Source: Ranitomeya imitator | Lineage: Eukaryota | DNA length: 64,000 nucleotides | Direction: 5' to 3' | Assembly: GCF_032444005.1 (NCBI RefSeq) | Contig: NC_091285.1 | Coordinates: forward strand, 516,274,001-516,338,000 | Part shown: in pieces, positions 61,691 through 64,000 of the stretch | How positions within the stretch are numbered: the stretch's first letter is position 1 | Layout: every line of letters starts with the position of its first letter | Program-made: the position numbers and the translations under genes | Notes under the pieces: generated by a model | The model's database searches: none | What the model saw: the letters and a program-made list of their open reading frames with translations, nothing else | Told to the model about the DNA's origin: nothing

Positions 61691-63134
61691 AACTTCTGGA
61701 ACAAGGTAATTAGGAGTGATGAGACTAAAATTGAAATTTTTGGCCACAAACATAAACGTTACATTTGGAGAGAGGTCATCAAAGCCTATGATGAAAGCTA
61801 CACCATTCTTACTGTAATGCATGGAAGTGGAGCACTGATGTTTTGGGGATGTGTCAGTTATAAAGGCACAGGAAGCTTGTTCAAAGTTGAAGGAAAAATG
61901 AATGCAGCACGTTATTATCAGCAATACTCGAGGCAAATTTGCAATCATCAGCCCAGAAGCTGCGCATGGGATGTACTTGGATGTTCCAACATGACAACGA
62001 TCCAAAACACAAGGACAAGTTGACCTGTCATTGGCTACAGCAGAGCAAATTGAAGGTTCTTGAGTGATCATCTCAGTCTTCTGACCTCAATATCATTGAG
62101 CCACTCTGAGGAGATCTCAAGCGCACAGTTCATGCTAGACAGCCCAGGAATTTACAGGAACTGGAGGCTTTTTGTCAAAAAGAGAGGGCAGCTCTACCAT
62201 CTGAGAAAATAAAGAACCTCACCCACAACTACCACAAAAGACTTCAAGCTGTCATTGATGTTAGAGGGGGCAATACACGGTATTAAGAAATGGGGTATGT
62301 AAACTTTTGCTTAGGGTCATTTGGATGTTTTGGGTTGTCATTATGATTTAATGATTTAGTGTGACAATAAATGGCTTCACCTATCGACTAATCATGAGTG
62401 GAGAAAATGTTTTGGTGTTATCATTCATATTCTCTGAAAAAAGGCCAAGAAAGCAAAAATTCTGCTGGGGTATGTAAACTTTTGAGCACAACTGTATTTG
62501 CAATGCTTGTCTGAATCTCCTGACGTCAATAATTAGAGTGTCATCCACATACTTTTGACAAAATAATGTATTTGCTGGACTATGAAATACTTCATATTAA
62601 TATATGGCAAATCCATTACAAATCTGCTGAAAAAATGTGTATGTTTACTAACATAGCAGTTCCGATTGAGAGAACTTCACAAAACAGCCAATCACAAAGG
62701 GAATTAAATCAACCTTGGCAGGTCTCTTCATCAGAAGTTCCAAAGAAAATAAATATGCTTCTTCTATGGTGCACATGTCCTTGACAGGAACACTGCATGA
62801 TTTCTAGCATTGGAATAAATCAAGCATTACTACTTATAATTCCACAATCAACCTATGTCACCAAAGAATACATACTATAATGCAGCAGTGTTCACAGAGT
62901 CACCCAGGTTAGTCCAATGTAAATGTCTTTATTTTAAAACTCACAAAATAAATCCAGAACTTTTATCCTCCGGTTCACATCCAGAATGTCTGTGGGCGAC
63001 CGCACATCTGTATTCCTCGAGGGTGGGTCAGTAGCTTTGCCTTCTTTGGCCTGAGTTCAGTCTCACAGAGACCTGACTTGCATAGAACCTTCTCTGAAGC
63101 TTGCAAACAAAACACTGACACACCCAAACTACAA

Positions 63135-64000
63135 CTCAATAATTGTACTTTTGAACAACATCATTGATTTTACCATGTCGTTTAACAGAAAACGGGAATA
63201 AAATCCAAGTGCGGTGAAATTGCAAAAAAAGTGCAATCCCACAATTGTTTTTTTGTTTGGCTTTTTTACTAGGTTTACTAAATGCTAAAACTGGCCTGCC
63301 ATTATGATTCTACGGGTAATTACGAGTTCCTAGACACCAAACATGGCTAGGTTCTTTTTTATCTAAGTGGTGAAAAAAAATTCCCATATTTGTAAAAAAA
63401 AAAAAAAAAGTAGCCATTTTCCGAAACCTGTAGCATCTCCATTTTTTGGGATCTGGAACTGTGTGAGGGCTTATTTTTTGCTTGCCCATCTGACATTTTT
63501 ATTGATACCATTTTAGTGTAGATACGATCACCTGTTATTGCATTTTATTACAAGGTTGCAGTGACCAAAAAAACGTAATTCTGGTGTTTCAATTTTTTTC
63601 TCACTACACCGTTTACCGATTGGATTAATTATTTTTATATATTGATAGATCAGGTGATTCTGAATGTGGTGATACCAAATTTGTGTATATTTAATTTTTT
63701 TAATTGTTTTATTTTGAATGGGGTGAAAAGGGGGGTGATTTTGAACTTTTATATTTTTTTATTTTTTAAATATTTTTTTCTTACTTTTTACTTGCTTCAA
63801 TAGTCTCCATGGGAGACTAGAAGCTGCAGTTGTCCGATTGCCTCTGCTACATAGAGTGGGGCTGCAGCTCTGCTCTATGAAGCAGATAAGCTCACTTGCT
63901 ATGAGCGCCGACCACTGGGCGCTGCTTATAGCTATACGGCTATGACAACCACAAGGGTCTCCTGCTGACCCCGAGTTGTCATGCCAACCCATCGGTGACC
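63135..64000. mobile_element. Non-autonomous DNA transposon internal sequence (related to 10050-10790), runs off window end
   Basis: Collinear motifs with 10050-10790; termini not seen. Confidence 0.5.

Larger units (their letters stand above)
57947..62494 (+). mobile_element. Decayed DD34E Tc1-like transposon hosting three direct insertions, one of which (the L2) holds a solo LTR
   Basis: TA-TGGTTGTGCTCAAAAGTTTACATAC...GTATGTAAACTTTTGAGCACAACTG-TA; transposase pieces KELSMDLRENIVELHK, RSDETKIE, HDNDPKH...DLNIIE (34 spacing). Confidence 0.87.

Overview
Repeat-dense vertebrate genomic DNA, most likely anuran (inferred from the transposon families seen). No host gene could be identified; only weak candidate exons. 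The window contains three nested transposon stacks whose junctions can be read from target-site duplications (TSDs). (1) 22889-44079: an internally deleted LTR retroelement (TSD TATG) contains a TTAA/piggyBac-like element, which contains a 12.6-kb hAT transposon (27504-40107, perfect 8-bp TSD GTTGTGAT). The hAT encodes an intact 1191-aa BED-finger DDE transposase and carries two satellite arrays. (2) 52574-56263: a non-autonomous hAT with minisatellites holds a DD37E Tc1 element. (3) 57947-62494: a DD34E Tc1 holds an L2 LINE, which holds a solo LTR. Also present: a 4.8-kb non-autonomous Helitron filled with a 31-bp satellite (source of the three spurious >1300-aa ORFs), several palindromic MITEs, and Penelope-like inserts with minimal hammerhead ribozyme motifs. 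The most striking observation: the ~5.2 kb between the hAT's TATA/CCAAT promoter and the transposase start codon, mostly satellite, has no sense-strand ATG by manual scan. This suggests a giant AUG-purged 5' leader built from tandem repeats. All calls were made by eye; no database searches were run.
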